Origin: a virus
Virus record (IMG/VR): IMGVR_UViG_3300039008_000077
Coordinates: 4,189 to 68,188 of that record
Reading direction: 5' to 3' (one strand)
Length of the DNA stretch: 64,000 bases
A program made the translations under genes and the position numbers. Every line of letters begins with the position of its first letter. Positions within the stretch are counted from its first letter, which is position 1. A model generated the notes under the pieces. The model made no database searches. It was not told the origin of the DNA and was given only the letters and a program-made list of their open reading frames with translations. This document shows, piece by piece, positions 47,301 through 55,573 of the stretch.

Positions 47301-50300
47301 TGTGTGATATACTTGATCTGTTCCAACATAGAGTTCACCATCATTACTAAATGTGAACTGTCTATTGGTCGAGTCATATCCATTCTGAAGATCGGTTACG
47401 ATATATACATCAGAATCGGCAACTACCCAAGTATTCTCTCCTGTTTCATTAGAGATATAATTATGGAAATCATTACCTACGTCGCCACTACCAAGAATAA
47501 GAGAATCGTCCCGAGAAGAGAAGTTCAACGCACCCCGATCAGACACTTGACGTAAAATCGCAGTGCCTCCCAGAGACATCAGGTTATCCGAGCCGGGATC
47601 AGAAGCTACTCTATCATCAAACTGGATGCTAGATCCATCTGGAAGATCTATATTTTTCCCATTCATGTTCAGATCAGAGCGTAAGGTGACTTCAGCCGCA
47701 GATGTCCCGAGATACAGTCGATCCGCAGAGTGATCCCTCCACAGGTAACTGGTCGGACTGTCTGTAGAGTCTGCAAGGATAAAGTCCTCATCATCAACGA
47801 TGATATTGACCCGACCATTGTCAACCCCATCTCCACGCACAAAGCTAATGCTGTCGATTCCATCCAATGTATCCGCATCTACATTGAGAGCATCCACAAA
47901 GCTCTTAGTAACCCGGGCATCAATATCTGTGTTGGCTCGGGCTGTCGTATAGTAGAGGTTGGTACCCTCAGGCAAATCAGTGGTACTTGACAGGTCGGTG
48001 ATCTCTGCCAGAACATGAGTGTGAGCGCTTGGCGCAAATGTTGATGGAACGCCTGTCAGGTTAGCCCATGCCAGATAGTAAGTACCATCCTGTCCGTCAA
48101 GCAAATCCGCATCAAATCCAGAGCCAGTACCGACATTAGCATTTACCCATGTACCAGAAGAGTAGGTTAGTACCTGCCCGTTCGCCGGAGATGCGATCTC
48201 CACATCAGTAAGCTCTCCTAGTTCATCACGAGATGCCAGAAGGGTATCCACCTGAGATGACGTGTAGTATCCCGTGAACAGAGTATCCACCTGAGATGAT
48301 GTATAGTATGCAACCAATGCACCATCGATCAATGCCTGAACCTCAGATTCAGATAAACTGTCGCCTCCTAATGCGGCGGTAGCAAGACCTAGGCCGGAAG
48401 CAGTGCCTACAATCCCCAAGATAGGATCAGAGAACGGCGAAGGGATTGTGACTGGGGGATTCGGTGCGGACAGGTCAGCAATCTCACCAGTGACCGTCTC
48501 TACAACATCAGAATCCAAATCGGTTACAGATGGAATGTTAGCCGAATTAGGAGTAGGCACATCGGGCTCACGGCCCGGAGAGCTTTTGGACTGGTTAACT
48601 GCCTTGGCATTTGCTTTAGCGCTGGCGGGGCGAGCCTTGTCGCCACCAGCCGAAACAGCAGACGCATTTACACCAGATGTATCCGGCACAGTCGCCGGGG
48701 CGGGCTGAGGGTTGCTAGTCGTCTCGGGCGTAGTAGATTCAAAGAACTGGCGAACATCAAACAACGGACGATTGGATGTGTCATCTAAATCACGCAGGCC
48801 AATCACAGAAACTGCTGGATATGCATGTGTGATAGCATTAACGATCACACGAAGAGCATTGAACTGTTCGACAGAATACGAAGTTGCACGCCCGCCACCA
48901 TGACGCTGACCACCTTGGAATGCGACCACAACAGAGAATTGACGGTGATTTCGTAGAGTTTGACCTGATACTCCAACATTACCACGTCTAAAATACTCAG
49001 CCTCAACCAGACGCCTACCATGCAAGGCCCGTGTTACACCATCTTGGGGATAACGAATGCGCTCGTTATTAGCATTGCGATAGGAAGTATACAGAGTAAA
49101 TGAACTCGCAGCGGCCTCATAGTTACCGCTATTCAGATTACGAATAAGAGTGCTGGCCGAGGAAGTAAGATTACCAAGATTATACGACAGTGCCACCAGA
49201 GCATCAAATTGAGACTGAGTAATATCAACAGTAACGCTTCTGTGCACCACTCCTTCAAATCGCTCAACATGTTCGTCAAAGAGCTGGTCTGCCTGTGCTT
49301 CAGTGATAGAAATTTGGCTGCGGTCGGACGTAGCGAACCCCATCCAGCGCTGACTAAATTCTTCGAATAGCTCTGGTTGATCATTGGTACCAATAAAGTA
49401 TCCATACCCAATAGAATAGCCATATGCGTCTACATATGGCTCAAGGCGTAGGCCCTCCCAGCGCTTCATTTGCTCTCGCATCTCTGTAGACGTAGTGAAG
49501 TGAGATGCGGGTAACATCTCACCATCAGCCGTCACAGACGTACCGGCAGGCATATTTTCCACAGGCTGGTTGGCTAATGTACCGATCCGAATAGACCCAT
49601 CTTCAGCAATCAGAAAATGAGTATCATCGGCCCAGTCATCGGGCAACGGACTGCCCGGCTGGGTGTTTGTATCGGTAACAATTACTTCCGCAATGTTGCG
49701 ATTCAGAGACCGAATATAGCGGTAAACATGCTCCTCAGATGGAAGGATGTCATCAGTTTTTAAATCGGTGGGAGCCCCACGTTCAGGATAAAGTCCAATG
49801 TCACCATTGGTAGACGAACCATATGCGTCCAATGCCTGACGTGCATAACTGTGACGAATATTGCGATCTTGTTCGAGTGGGAGCCCCAACACGTTTACCG
49901 CAAATGAATCTGCCGCCTCAGAAGAGTCAAATGCGCCAAGCTGCTGACCCGAAACAGAATGGTTAGGCCATGCATCTGTGTGCTGAAGAGTACTTCCAAG
50001 AAACAAGAGCTGAGTGTCAAAATCCTCATATCGGCGACTGGACACTGATGCATATGAACGCAAAGCAGCAGCGTTGTCTTCATCCCAGTTACCAATGCCA
50101 TATCGACCACTAGCATGATCAACGTCCACACTATCAAGAGTATATGAGCCCATGAATTGAGCGACCGCACCCAGTGCACCCGCAGCTTCTTCCTCAGTAA
50201 AACCAAGGATGTCACGGAAGTATGAGTACATGCGCTCGGGATTAGAGTCGCCATACAGAGACTGGGTGATTTGATTAAGAGCTTGGCCCTGCCTTGCCGT

Positions 50301-50609
50301 AGCAGTGTCAGTACCAGTTAGGGCATTTATGACAAGGAAATCCTGCTTGTCCGCACCATCAAGGAACACACCAAAGACAAACGAACCTTCAACCAGACCG
50401 GTAGGAGTTTGACCAACACCAGACGTACCGGCATTGTTCGCCGCAATCGCAACGTGAGACCATGGCAGTTCATGAATGGCCAATGTGTTATTATCAAATG
50501 TATGAAGTCCGTGAATACGTACACGAACACGCCCTTGGTTCAGTGGATCTTGAATATCTTCAACAACACCAATGCCCCAATGGGTCGAGTCACCATAGAA
50601 TTTTTGCAT
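41379..50609 (-). CDS. 3,076-aa fusion: gp5 OB-fold, muralytic domains, long fibre, S74-type chaperone
   Basis: GVVEDIQDPLNQGRVRVRIHGLH...GSFVFGVFLDGADKQ (gp5 N-terminus), WEGLRLEPYVD...SIGYG (GH24), WHAGNDGSGSGLDAD repeats, SDASLK...VAQEVQQEAPELV. Confidence 0.85.
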   Translation of the reverse strand: MQKFYGDSTHWGIGVVEDIQDPLNQGRVRVRIHGLHTFDNNTLAIHELPWSHVAIAANNAGTSGVGQTPTGLVEGSFVFGVFLDGADKQDFLVINALTGTDTATARQGQALNQITQSLYGDSNPERMYSYFRDILGFTEEEAAGALGAVAQFMGSYTLDSVDVDHASGRYGIGNWDEDNAAALRSYASVSSRRYEDFDTQLLFLGSTLQHTDAWPNHSVSGQQLGAFDSSEAADSFAVNVLGLPLEQDRNIRHSYARQALDAYGSSTNGDIGLYPERGAPTDLKTDDILPSEEHVYRYIRSLNRNIAEVIVTDTNTQPGSPLPDDWADDTHFLIAEDGSIRIGTLANQPVENMPAGTSVTADGEMLPASHFTTSTEMREQMKRWEGLRLEPYVDAYGYSIGYGYFIGTNDQPELFEEFSQRWMGFATSDRSQISITEAQADQLFDEHVERFEGVVHRSVTVDITQSQFDALVALSYNLGNLTSSASTLIRNLNSGNYEAAASSFTLYTSYRNANNERIRYPQDGVTRALHGRRLVEAEYFRRGNVGVSGQTLRNHRQFSVVVAFQGGQRHGGGRATSYSVEQFNALRVIVNAITHAYPAVSVIGLRDLDDTSNRPLFDVRQFFESTTPETTSNPQPAPATVPDTSGVNASAVSAGGDKARPASAKANAKAVNQSKSSPGREPDVPTPNSANIPSVTDLDSDVVETVTGEIADLSAPNPPVTIPSPFSDPILGIVGTASGLGLATAALGGDSLSESEVQALIDGALVAYYTSSQVDTLFTGYYTSSQVDTLLASRDELGELTDVEIASPANGQVLTYSSGTWVNANVGTGSGFDADLLDGQDGTYYLAWANLTGVPSTFAPSAHTHVLAEITDLSSTTDLPEGTNLYYTTARANTDIDARVTKSFVDALNVDADTLDGIDSISFVRGDGVDNGRVNIIVDDEDFILADSTDSPTSYLWRDHSADRLYLGTSAAEVTLRSDLNMNGKNIDLPDGSSIQFDDRVASDPGSDNLMSLGGTAILRQVSDRGALNFSSRDDSLILGSGDVGNDFHNYISNETGENTWVVADSDVYIVTDLQNGYDSTNRQFTFSNDGELYVGTDQVYHTGNDSQIAFLNAAAQTFTGNMVVSGDLTVNGTTTYVNTTDLQVGDNIITLNADETGSPTQNAGIEVERGTSDNVQFRWNETTDTWQATSDGSNYYDVLFDDGTAAGDAATLDGLDSTSFMRSDENDQFRQGSGPYISVTSANATYPPYFGFHSADDTRRGYIGWEASGNNIIRGENGYGWIFNGTEEVVFTNDLGVSIGSAVTADSLGVALFVNGGTGLDHVVEISRGDDGDHLELDGAGYSTFIGQDSSRTYIRNDSSSRAMAIGVNGINNFEVVAGGDSFVFRDNSETTFFQIENSGTAEKVVFSGTSVQSQVLHQTTTANSSVSQSLVDNSGSPYFHTSPGTAVTTQYTDFDNHYFRNNSGINSVQIESTGNTTFGPTTGATNNPNTKIISSGDTQTQIQFRTGGTVNSKITSTVSSGSMFFDASGGFTWRDGPDGSTVATLNASGNMAIHGTLDIIGQRLLMDQHAGAGILIQPPTTNGGTHFEIQDPDQTDDRYIMKLWGDYDNSQHKALFVSSSGRVGICDDVDSSYVLNVGGDTQIGGAINVTGEGSQFENSYASGASVTVTDITTAGSTAADAHIVQRGGFGAASTPHYTFWSDGDTGWYLKAANTQAWSTNGTERMALGNNGLALESGVSVNSILDEDAMSSDSATALATQQSIKAYVDSVVSGSTDASTIDGLNSTQFLRSDTSDTMTGALTVNSTTPTAGFFENTSGDTLIESRGGSGYGGFYARGSGTEWAYLFLGNETTGEIGRLVATNSGNMLIDTTAGDILIRPNGVEGVSFSDPTGSDTLMTLKGDGSTSGVYHGFTSGDYHIVNQDNEKIVFGTNDTIRGEIEAGGALKWDGGGGSIGGSTWENGWVKIGTASLGWSFDPNEMYNAGAGTIGTLSGDLNLNAADTLNINSDVEFDSNYNIGVGVGINANRSINLVRTSSSDTDADEYGIFSRINVASGSALMTSAQDRTAIYGRTVLNDSSTTADSNVPIVTGVDGYAQIISGHADFMYGVNGLATVSGGSDSNGSTVFGGRFESRMDNAGSELDTAYGVMGVVRLTTDSDQAMSSAYGVRSFLDQDSTSGATISNAYLLRADVDINASTGTITNLYGLHINLRDNMDGDVTNALGIWVEAGDTESDVHNHIQGSTVFGRNGSSFGTTSYTVHIDDNKSSGAGLYVTGGGSDGPIARFERDIGSTGIINIGCEAGDPTVGFDVGSTGTDDWAVGASDSSTFVINDSADLTTDPLLSLTSSSFTFDGNALWHAGNDGSGSGLDADLLDGLHASQFLRSDADDTTTGSISSSSYIEAGNGSGGVALTVNDGYGNANLTFNHRDGTPDSTGSSARIESHVDSSTARIIFELGDSTTSGVATALTNVFSLKTSEVSAYADFNMSGNDIKNVGSFNGTAVSDYWHAGNDGSGSGLDADTLDGVEGSGYARAGSTTDDYVWVRRDSTSPALYVTNQSTGAILDLRSGAGNGSTVAIVNNDGSSTWDGRISADSGITSYVNSNTPNTTTGPLFGRNSTQYITLHGGSSGNYLHSYSTDASPLGFYITVKTDSTEYSWTFEDSDGSFTSPGAIYAESGNEVWHAGNDGSGSGLDADTLDSYEASEFPRKAEAATITGAWEFDSNISIAANHYIDHNNTASRDKIRVWNNSNYAIGMDSSVTYGDLNSFAMTFQMNNSSSRGFWWGHSDHTGSEGAMSLTTDGKLTVDDQITVPEIYATTGVFADEVRCRTGQQLVLNAGEASANATGQTDERVYINAEGGLVINSSSDNWATGWAGRYTATICDGSGDSSLPGALSVTGVISANGGVSFDDNDVCSFGTGDDFEIFHDGTHAYMDVNLGNLYVRDGTTTRFTFDDNGDFTATGDVTAYSDASLKNIHHEIDRPGLIDNLVVYDITWKETGRNSITPVAQEVQQEAPELVHEDENGILHMDYGKYAVAALYEEKKKREALEEEVKDLKELVSILINKLNDEEKEPN
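41411..41418 (-). promoter_or_regulatory. T4-type late promoter inside the 3' end of the giant gene
   Basis: Exact TATAAATA 32 nt upstream of the 166-aa gene. Confidence 0.75.
42531..43535 (-). repeat. Three 33-bp direct repeats encoding WHAGNDGSGSG
   Basis: cccagatcccgatccgtcattaccggcatgcca is identical at 43056-43088 and 43503-43535; the copy at 42531-42563 has 3 mismatches. Confidence 0.9.
48244..48299 (-). repeat. Tandem repeat with a 39-bp period (YYTSSQVDTL x2) at the start of the fibre region
   Basis: gtatccacctgagatga at 48244 and 48283. Confidence 0.85.
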
Positions 50610-50611
50610 GT

Positions 50612-52027
50612 TTATCTCGGTCTTTGTTCTGCTTCGGTTTCAAAGCGCCCCGGATCATTGATATTGTCCGGTGTATCTGGTCTGCCAAGTTCAAGAACAA
50701 CATTATACTCATTATTGGTGTTGTTCATGATGTGTCTAGCATTCATGATCAGGAATCGCCCCGATCTCTTTTGGTCTAGTGAATTCTGGTCGTTGCGATA
50801 GACTGGCTGGTCTTTTGGCATCCGTACATTAATAGTTGTCCCCACGCCTCGCTCATCATCAGTGGCCCCAAAGTGATAGCCATCGATCATAACCGTATAT
50901 CGCTCTCGTTCCAACATAAGAATGTCTGATTCACGTGAGAGCCTGAATTGATGGTTGTCATACTGGGTTTCCTCATTGAACCCACGATAGCCATCAAACA
51001 TCGACGTAGTATTTATTCCAGAAGTAAAGACGGAATCGAGTCCGGCTACACGTGTTTCCCCATCTTCATTGGTCAGAGAGAAGTATTCGTCAAATAGAGT
51101 GTGGTGTTCTTCTGAAGCAGACTGGTTAGATTTGCGATTATCAAAATGTGTCTCGGCATCAAACTCAATGGGATCTTGGGTTCTATTGGTCAGGTCCATG
51201 TTATAGTAAGTAGAACGCAGTGCACCCTTGTCGGCCAAGGTGAAGATATTGTCGTTCTCGGGAAACGACACGGACTGAATGCGATAGCGATCCCGCACAT
51301 GTGCTTCCTCCACAGTCTCAGCAGGAATCTGGCTGTATGTAAATGTCTCCTCGGATTCCCATGGATGATTGGTCATCATCCCGGTTAGATCACGAAACTT
51401 GATGTTCGGCGTTTCAAGCGCTTCTTCAGAGCCAGACTTATTCATGGTGGCATAGGTAAACATAGGTTCGCCTATATCATTGGTGGCCCGGCCACTGAGC
51501 CATCGAATGATCTCAAGTGGGTGTCTATTGTTCTCCATGATGCGAATGCGCTGAACAGACTCATCAGAAACGGACAATCCCGCATCGATTCCAGACAGAA
51601 TGCTATCGATAATATTCCCGATCTCACCCGCCTTGGTTCCGTCCAGTCTTTGAAACTTAGAGTAATAGCCATGGCGCTCAATAATATCTAGAATCAATGT
51701 AGAACCTGTGGTGTTGGCAGATTTGTTCTGAGCAGAAACAGCATAGATGTAGAAGTTCTTTACATATTGTTTATCGCCAACACGCCACTCAAGACGCAAC
51801 ACTTCTTGCCCTTGGAAGTTAATGGCAGCTGCCAGAGATGAGGTGTCTACTACAGCAACCCTACCTGTCATAACAGGCTCCCAGATAGATTCGAACAGGT
51901 TCACTTCTGCAATGGCAGGACGGACATCCCAGCGCTGCACATCAGTATCAGCCTGTCCGGCAAACCGGCGACGTTCGATCTCGGCCAAGGTGATCGAGAA
52001 CTCTCTCATTTCGTTCTGGATGGGCAT
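50612..52027 (-). CDS. Baseplate hub protein (gp27-like)
   Basis: VNLFESIWEPVMTGRVAVVD...QGQEVLRL, DQKRSGRFLIMNARH; lies between gp53 and gp5. Confidence 0.75.
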   Translation of the reverse strand: MPIQNEMREFSITLAEIERRRFAGQADTDVQRWDVRPAIAEVNLFESIWEPVMTGRVAVVDTSSLAAAINFQGQEVLRLEWRVGDKQYVKNFYIYAVSAQNKSANTTGSTLILDIIERHGYYSKFQRLDGTKAGEIGNIIDSILSGIDAGLSVSDESVQRIRIMENNRHPLEIIRWLSGRATNDIGEPMFTYATMNKSGSEEALETPNIKFRDLTGMMTNHPWESEETFTYSQIPAETVEEAHVRDRYRIQSVSFPENDNIFTLADKGALRSTYYNMDLTNRTQDPIEFDAETHFDNRKSNQSASEEHHTLFDEYFSLTNEDGETRVAGLDSVFTSGINTTSMFDGYRGFNEETQYDNHQFRLSRESDILMLERERYTVMIDGYHFGATDDERGVGTTINVRMPKDQPVYRNDQNSLDQKRSGRFLIMNARHIMNNTNNEYNVVLELGRPDTPDNINDPGRFETEAEQRPR

Positions 52028-52947
52028 TAGTTATTCTTTACGCTATTGTTGAAGAGACGGACCACCTGAGCAATAGCGCCCGGCTTGATAACCTTGATTT
52101 GCGAAAGGTTATCATTCTTCTCGTCATAATATTCCTTGAAGGTGACGATGGTGTATGGAGAGCTATCTGAGTAGATGTCGGGATTCTCGATGTCACCAAC
52201 AACCCCGCCGATATAGTTTCCATTTGGACCGGGACCAGCCCCATCAGGCAGACCTGACACATTCTCAGAATCGCTTTCCGGTCCACGTCCTCTAAAGTCC
52301 AGAGCATAGTCCACATCCACATGATCGCCGTCACCATCTTCGACATGGTGGATGGCCAGATGTGCCGGAGAGTGAACGATACGCACCGTGAGTTGACTGT
52401 CAGGGGCAGAACCCTGTACATCAACCACAACCTCATTGGCAACGAATGAAGGAGAGCCAGCATCCAGCTCAACAAACATCTGTCCAAGGTTTACGTTGCG
52501 AGCATAGATCGTCCCAGCCGCACCCGACACCTGACCGAAGATGCGGTCGCCAACGGAGAACTGTTCGATCATGGCATGTTGAAGCCAGTTGGTATCATTA
52601 CCCAAATCCACCTCATCTTGTGACATGAACACCAGAACCTCACCGGGTAGGTCTTCGTTCATCTTGGCGGTTAGTTCCTGCTCGGACAAAGGCCACCCAC
52701 AGCTTCGAATGTCTTCGTTTAGTAGGTAGAAAGTCCAGTAGTAATCTGTCGTGCCGTACAGACGTTGAGATACCACATCCGCACGCTCCCCATCACGTAC
52801 AGTGTAGAACTGGTAGAGGCTGTCATTGTCGATCAGAGACTGGATAACCTCGGATGTAACAGTCAAATTGGTGAAAGGAGTCGTCACCGGTCCATTATCA
52901 GATGCGAACTCATAGTCAATAGACGGGAATGATCGAAAGTATGTCAT
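52027..52947 (-). CDS. gp53: Baseplate wedge subunit (LysM-like)
   Basis: MTYFRSFPSIDY, YTVRDGERADVVSQRLYGTTDYYW, GWPLSEQEL. Confidence 0.92.
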   Translation of the reverse strand: MTYFRSFPSIDYEFASDNGPVTTPFTNLTVTSEVIQSLIDNDSLYQFYTVRDGERADVVSQRLYGTTDYYWTFYLLNEDIRSCGWPLSEQELTAKMNEDLPGEVLVFMSQDEVDLGNDTNWLQHAMIEQFSVGDRIFGQVSGAAGTIYARNVNLGQMFVELDAGSPSFVANEVVVDVQGSAPDSQLTVRIVHSPAHLAIHHVEDGDGDHVDVDYALDFRGRGPESDSENVSGLPDGAGPGPNGNYIGGVVGDIENPDIYSDSSPYTIVTFKEYYDEKNDNLSQIKVIKPGAIAQVVRLFNNSVKNN

Positions 52948-53978
52948 TAATAGCCCTCGTCGATAGATGCGGAAGATAGAGGCCGATCTTCCTGAAGCGA
53001 TACGGACAATGTGGATGTTGTAGGTAGAGCATGGTATCCAATAGAGTCATCGCCCTGAATAGCAATAGGCCTGTATGCCATGGAGTTATTATTATCCAAA
53101 GTTTGAGCAACATCTGTCACATAACAAGGCTGGATTTTGGGGCCGACTCTCCACATACCAGAGGACATGACATCATCTTGATTCTGCCCTTGGCTGCGAA
53201 AGATATCTTCAGCAGCATCGGCATCATGTTGAATAAGACCATTGAATTGCTCGATGGTCTCCTCGTATAGGCTATACATCATATCCACCATCACCATGGA
53301 CGGGAACTTATAGACTAGCTGATTGGCAAGGTCGTCGGGAATCCCACGAGGTGTAGCACCCTCAAAGTCATGAAGTGTTGGATATGCCAGCTTTCGAAAG
53401 AACTTGACAATCTCTTGTTGTTGAATAGCCTCTTTCTCATTGTCAGGAACGAACTCAAATGCAAAAGAAAAGGCACGCAGGTTAACAGATTCAAAAAGAG
53501 CACGCTGGTGAGGGTTGGCTGTTGTTCGAAGGGCAGAGGACACCCCATTTCGTACACCACCCGGCAGAGGCCCCCCAAACCGCTTCATCATCAGAGCAAC
53601 CATGCCGGGGTTAACAGCTTCTGCCCCTGTCACCAGATCAGATGCAGTCTCGATGGTATCGACAGCAGCACCGGCAAGAGAATCAACTGCGGCCTGCAAA
53701 CGCTCGGCAGCATTAGTAGTGTTGAGTCCTGCTTCTCCCAATGCGAATTCAGTGGCCCTACCAAGCACACCTAGCTGATCGGTGGAATATGATGAGCCAT
53801 CTTTTAGCTCGATAGATCCCGGCAGATACAGGTAGATGGCAGGCTGTTGAGGCCCGGCAGTACCCAACATACGCCCTTCGGCTTCGTTCCATTCAAAGTC
53901 TAGGCGCTTGAATCGAACCCATAGTCTATGTTTGTCGAAGTCTTTGTTAGGATATCGGTAAATTCTGCTTTCGGTCAT
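52947..53978 (-). CDS. gp48: Baseplate tail-tube cap
   Basis: IYLYLPGSI, NPHQRALFESVNLRAFSFAFEFVPDNEKEA, LSVSLQE. Confidence 0.88.
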   Translation of the reverse strand: MTESRIYRYPNKDFDKHRLWVRFKRLDFEWNEAEGRMLGTAGPQQPAIYLYLPGSIELKDGSSYSTDQLGVLGRATEFALGEAGLNTTNAAERLQAAVDSLAGAAVDTIETASDLVTGAEAVNPGMVALMMKRFGGPLPGGVRNGVSSALRTTANPHQRALFESVNLRAFSFAFEFVPDNEKEAIQQQEIVKFFRKLAYPTLHDFEGATPRGIPDDLANQLVYKFPSMVMVDMMYSLYEETIEQFNGLIQHDADAAEDIFRSQGQNQDDVMSSGMWRVGPKIQPCYVTDVAQTLDNNNSMAYRPIAIQGDDSIGYHALPTTSTLSVSLQEDRPLSSASIDEGY

Positions 53979-53988
53979 GACCGTCTCG

Positions 53989-53996
53989 TATAAATA
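53989..53996 (+). promoter_or_regulatory. T4-type late promoter for the plus-strand gp4-gp2-gp54-tape measure operon
   Basis: Exact TATAAATA. Confidence 0.85.
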
Positions 53997-54016
53997 AAAG
54001 GAGATACGTGTAAGGT

Positions 54017-54024
54017 TATTTATG
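54017..54024 (-). promoter_or_regulatory. Late promoter variant for the gp48 operon, overlapping the gp4 ATG
   Basis: CATAAATA on the minus strand, 39 nt upstream of gp48. Confidence 0.65.
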
Positions 54025-54492
54025 TCATATGGTAAGACCTATTCAGGTAAATACAAAATAAAAAAGCCCGCCAAGTATGATGGGGATGCTACCTCTGTTA
54101 CCTATAGGTCTATGTGGGAGCGTGCCTGCTTTACATGGTGTGAGAGAAATGCCGATGTAGTCTCGTGGTCCAGCGAGGAGATTATCATTCCCTACATGGA
54201 TCAGAGCCAAAAGAGTAATATATATCCTCAAGGAAAGCCTCGGCGTTACTTCATGGACCTACGCATTACATTCAAGAACGGTGAAACTGTACTGGTAGAG
54301 ATTAAACCCGACAAGCAAACCAAGCCGCCTCGCAAGGGTAAGAACAAGACTCGGTATCTAACAGAGTCTATGACATTCATAACCAACCAATGTAAGTGGC
54401 AAGCCGCTGAGATTTATGCCAAGAAGCGTGGCTGGAAGTTCGTGGTCTGGACTGAGCACACTCTGAAGAAGATGGGGATTCTGAAGTTCTAA
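54022..54492 (+). CDS. gp4: Head completion nuclease
   Basis: YSGKYKIKKPAKYDGD, YRSMWER, WSSEEIIIPY, RRYFMD, VEIKPDKQT, NQCKWQAA. Confidence 0.93.
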   Translation: MSYGKTYSGKYKIKKPAKYDGDATSVTYRSMWERACFTWCERNADVVSWSSEEIIIPYMDQSQKSNIYPQGKPRRYFMDLRITFKNGETVLVEIKPDKQTKPPRKGKNKTRYLTESMTFITNQCKWQAAEIYAKKRGWKFVVWTEHTLKKMGILKF

Positions 54493-54932
54493 TGATCAAT
54501 GAAGGCAGATACCAAATGTGGGTGAAGGTCAAGGAGAGACAACCCAAGACATACCCATCCGGCATGGCATTTGGGGAAACCTATCTAATGCCCTATGAGA
54601 TTGATCTTCGCAAGGATGAGAACCACGGGGCTCTGGATGAGATGCCTTTGGCTATCCTTCTGCGCCCTCGTACGGGTGGAATTTTGGCGATCAATCTACT
54701 GGACATTCCAACGAAATATCGCCGTAGATTGGTCACAGAGCGCTATATGAAGGCCCTACAGAGCGAAAGCGATTCTGATAGGGTCAAGTCCCTCCTAGAA
54801 CTAGAACGCTTTGTACGGGCTTCTCCGTTGCTTCAAGGCGCATTTAAATTCTATTCTCGCAATCGAATTAAAAAAGCAATTCATATTCTTCCCGAAGAGC
54901 TGGAAGAACTCGTAGACAAAAGGATCATCTAA
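54492..54932 (+). CDS. gp2: Short DNA end protector-like protein
   Basis: YLMPY...LDEMPLAI...AINLLDIP...R pattern resembles the gp2 core; follows gp4. Confidence 0.6.
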   Translation: MINEGRYQMWVKVKERQPKTYPSGMAFGETYLMPYEIDLRKDENHGALDEMPLAILLRPRTGGILAINLLDIPTKYRRRLVTERYMKALQSESDSDRVKSLLELERFVRASPLLQGAFKFYSRNRIKKAIHILPEELEELVDKRII

Positions 54933-55573
54933 TGGTCGATTTCATTACTGATAGACTGGCAGCTCCTGAAATTGCCCAGTCTATCATCAATCTTAAGGGC
55001 GGGCCTACACGGCTCACAACATATCGTGTTGTTTTGCCAACGCTATCTATTGGAGGCGATGCCATCTCCATGGATGTTCTATGTCGAGGAGCAACGCTTC
55101 CGGGCAAGACAATCAACACAGTTGAACGCCGGACCAACATGAAGCCTATCGAAACGCCTATTGGATTTATCAATACGCCTATTGATATGGTCTTCACTGA
55201 AACCAATGATCATACAGCCAGTCATTATTTTGATCAATGGTTGAGCATGATCATTGATCCGGACACATACTACATCGGCTGGCGGGATGATTTTTCTAAA
55301 GACATCCTGATTATGTCTAATGATGAATCTGGGGTACCGGGGTATATCTGTAAGCTTCGCAATGCATATCCTAAATTCAAGAATCAGATCGATCTGTCCG
55401 ACCTTTCTACAGACACTCTCGCAGAACTACGTGTTCAGTTCGCATATGAGGATTACGAGATTATTGATGGACCCGGTATTGGGGGCGCACAAGACTTTGT
55501 GAGAGCCCTGAGAACCGGCTCTATTCAGCTACCGACTAATGTAATCCGCCTAGCCACCGAAGGATTATTTTGA
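54932..55573 (+). CDS. gp54: Baseplate tail-tube initiator
   Basis: LCRGATLPGK, FDQWLSMI, CKLRNAYPK, LRVQFAYEDY (tube fold). Confidence 0.82.
   Translation: MVDFITDRLAAPEIAQSIINLKGGPTRLTTYRVVLPTLSIGGDAISMDVLCRGATLPGKTINTVERRTNMKPIETPIGFINTPIDMVFTETNDHTASHYFDQWLSMIIDPDTYYIGWRDDFSKDILIMSNDESGVPGYICKLRNAYPKFKNQIDLSDLSTDTLAELRVQFAYEDYEIIDGPGIGGAQDFVRALRTGSIQLPTNVIRLATEGLF

Noticed and set aside
54022-54492. Possible TnsA-like transposase or homing endonuclease
   Set aside because: Motifs, size and position match the T4-like head completion nuclease gp4; there are no transposon ends or partner genes.
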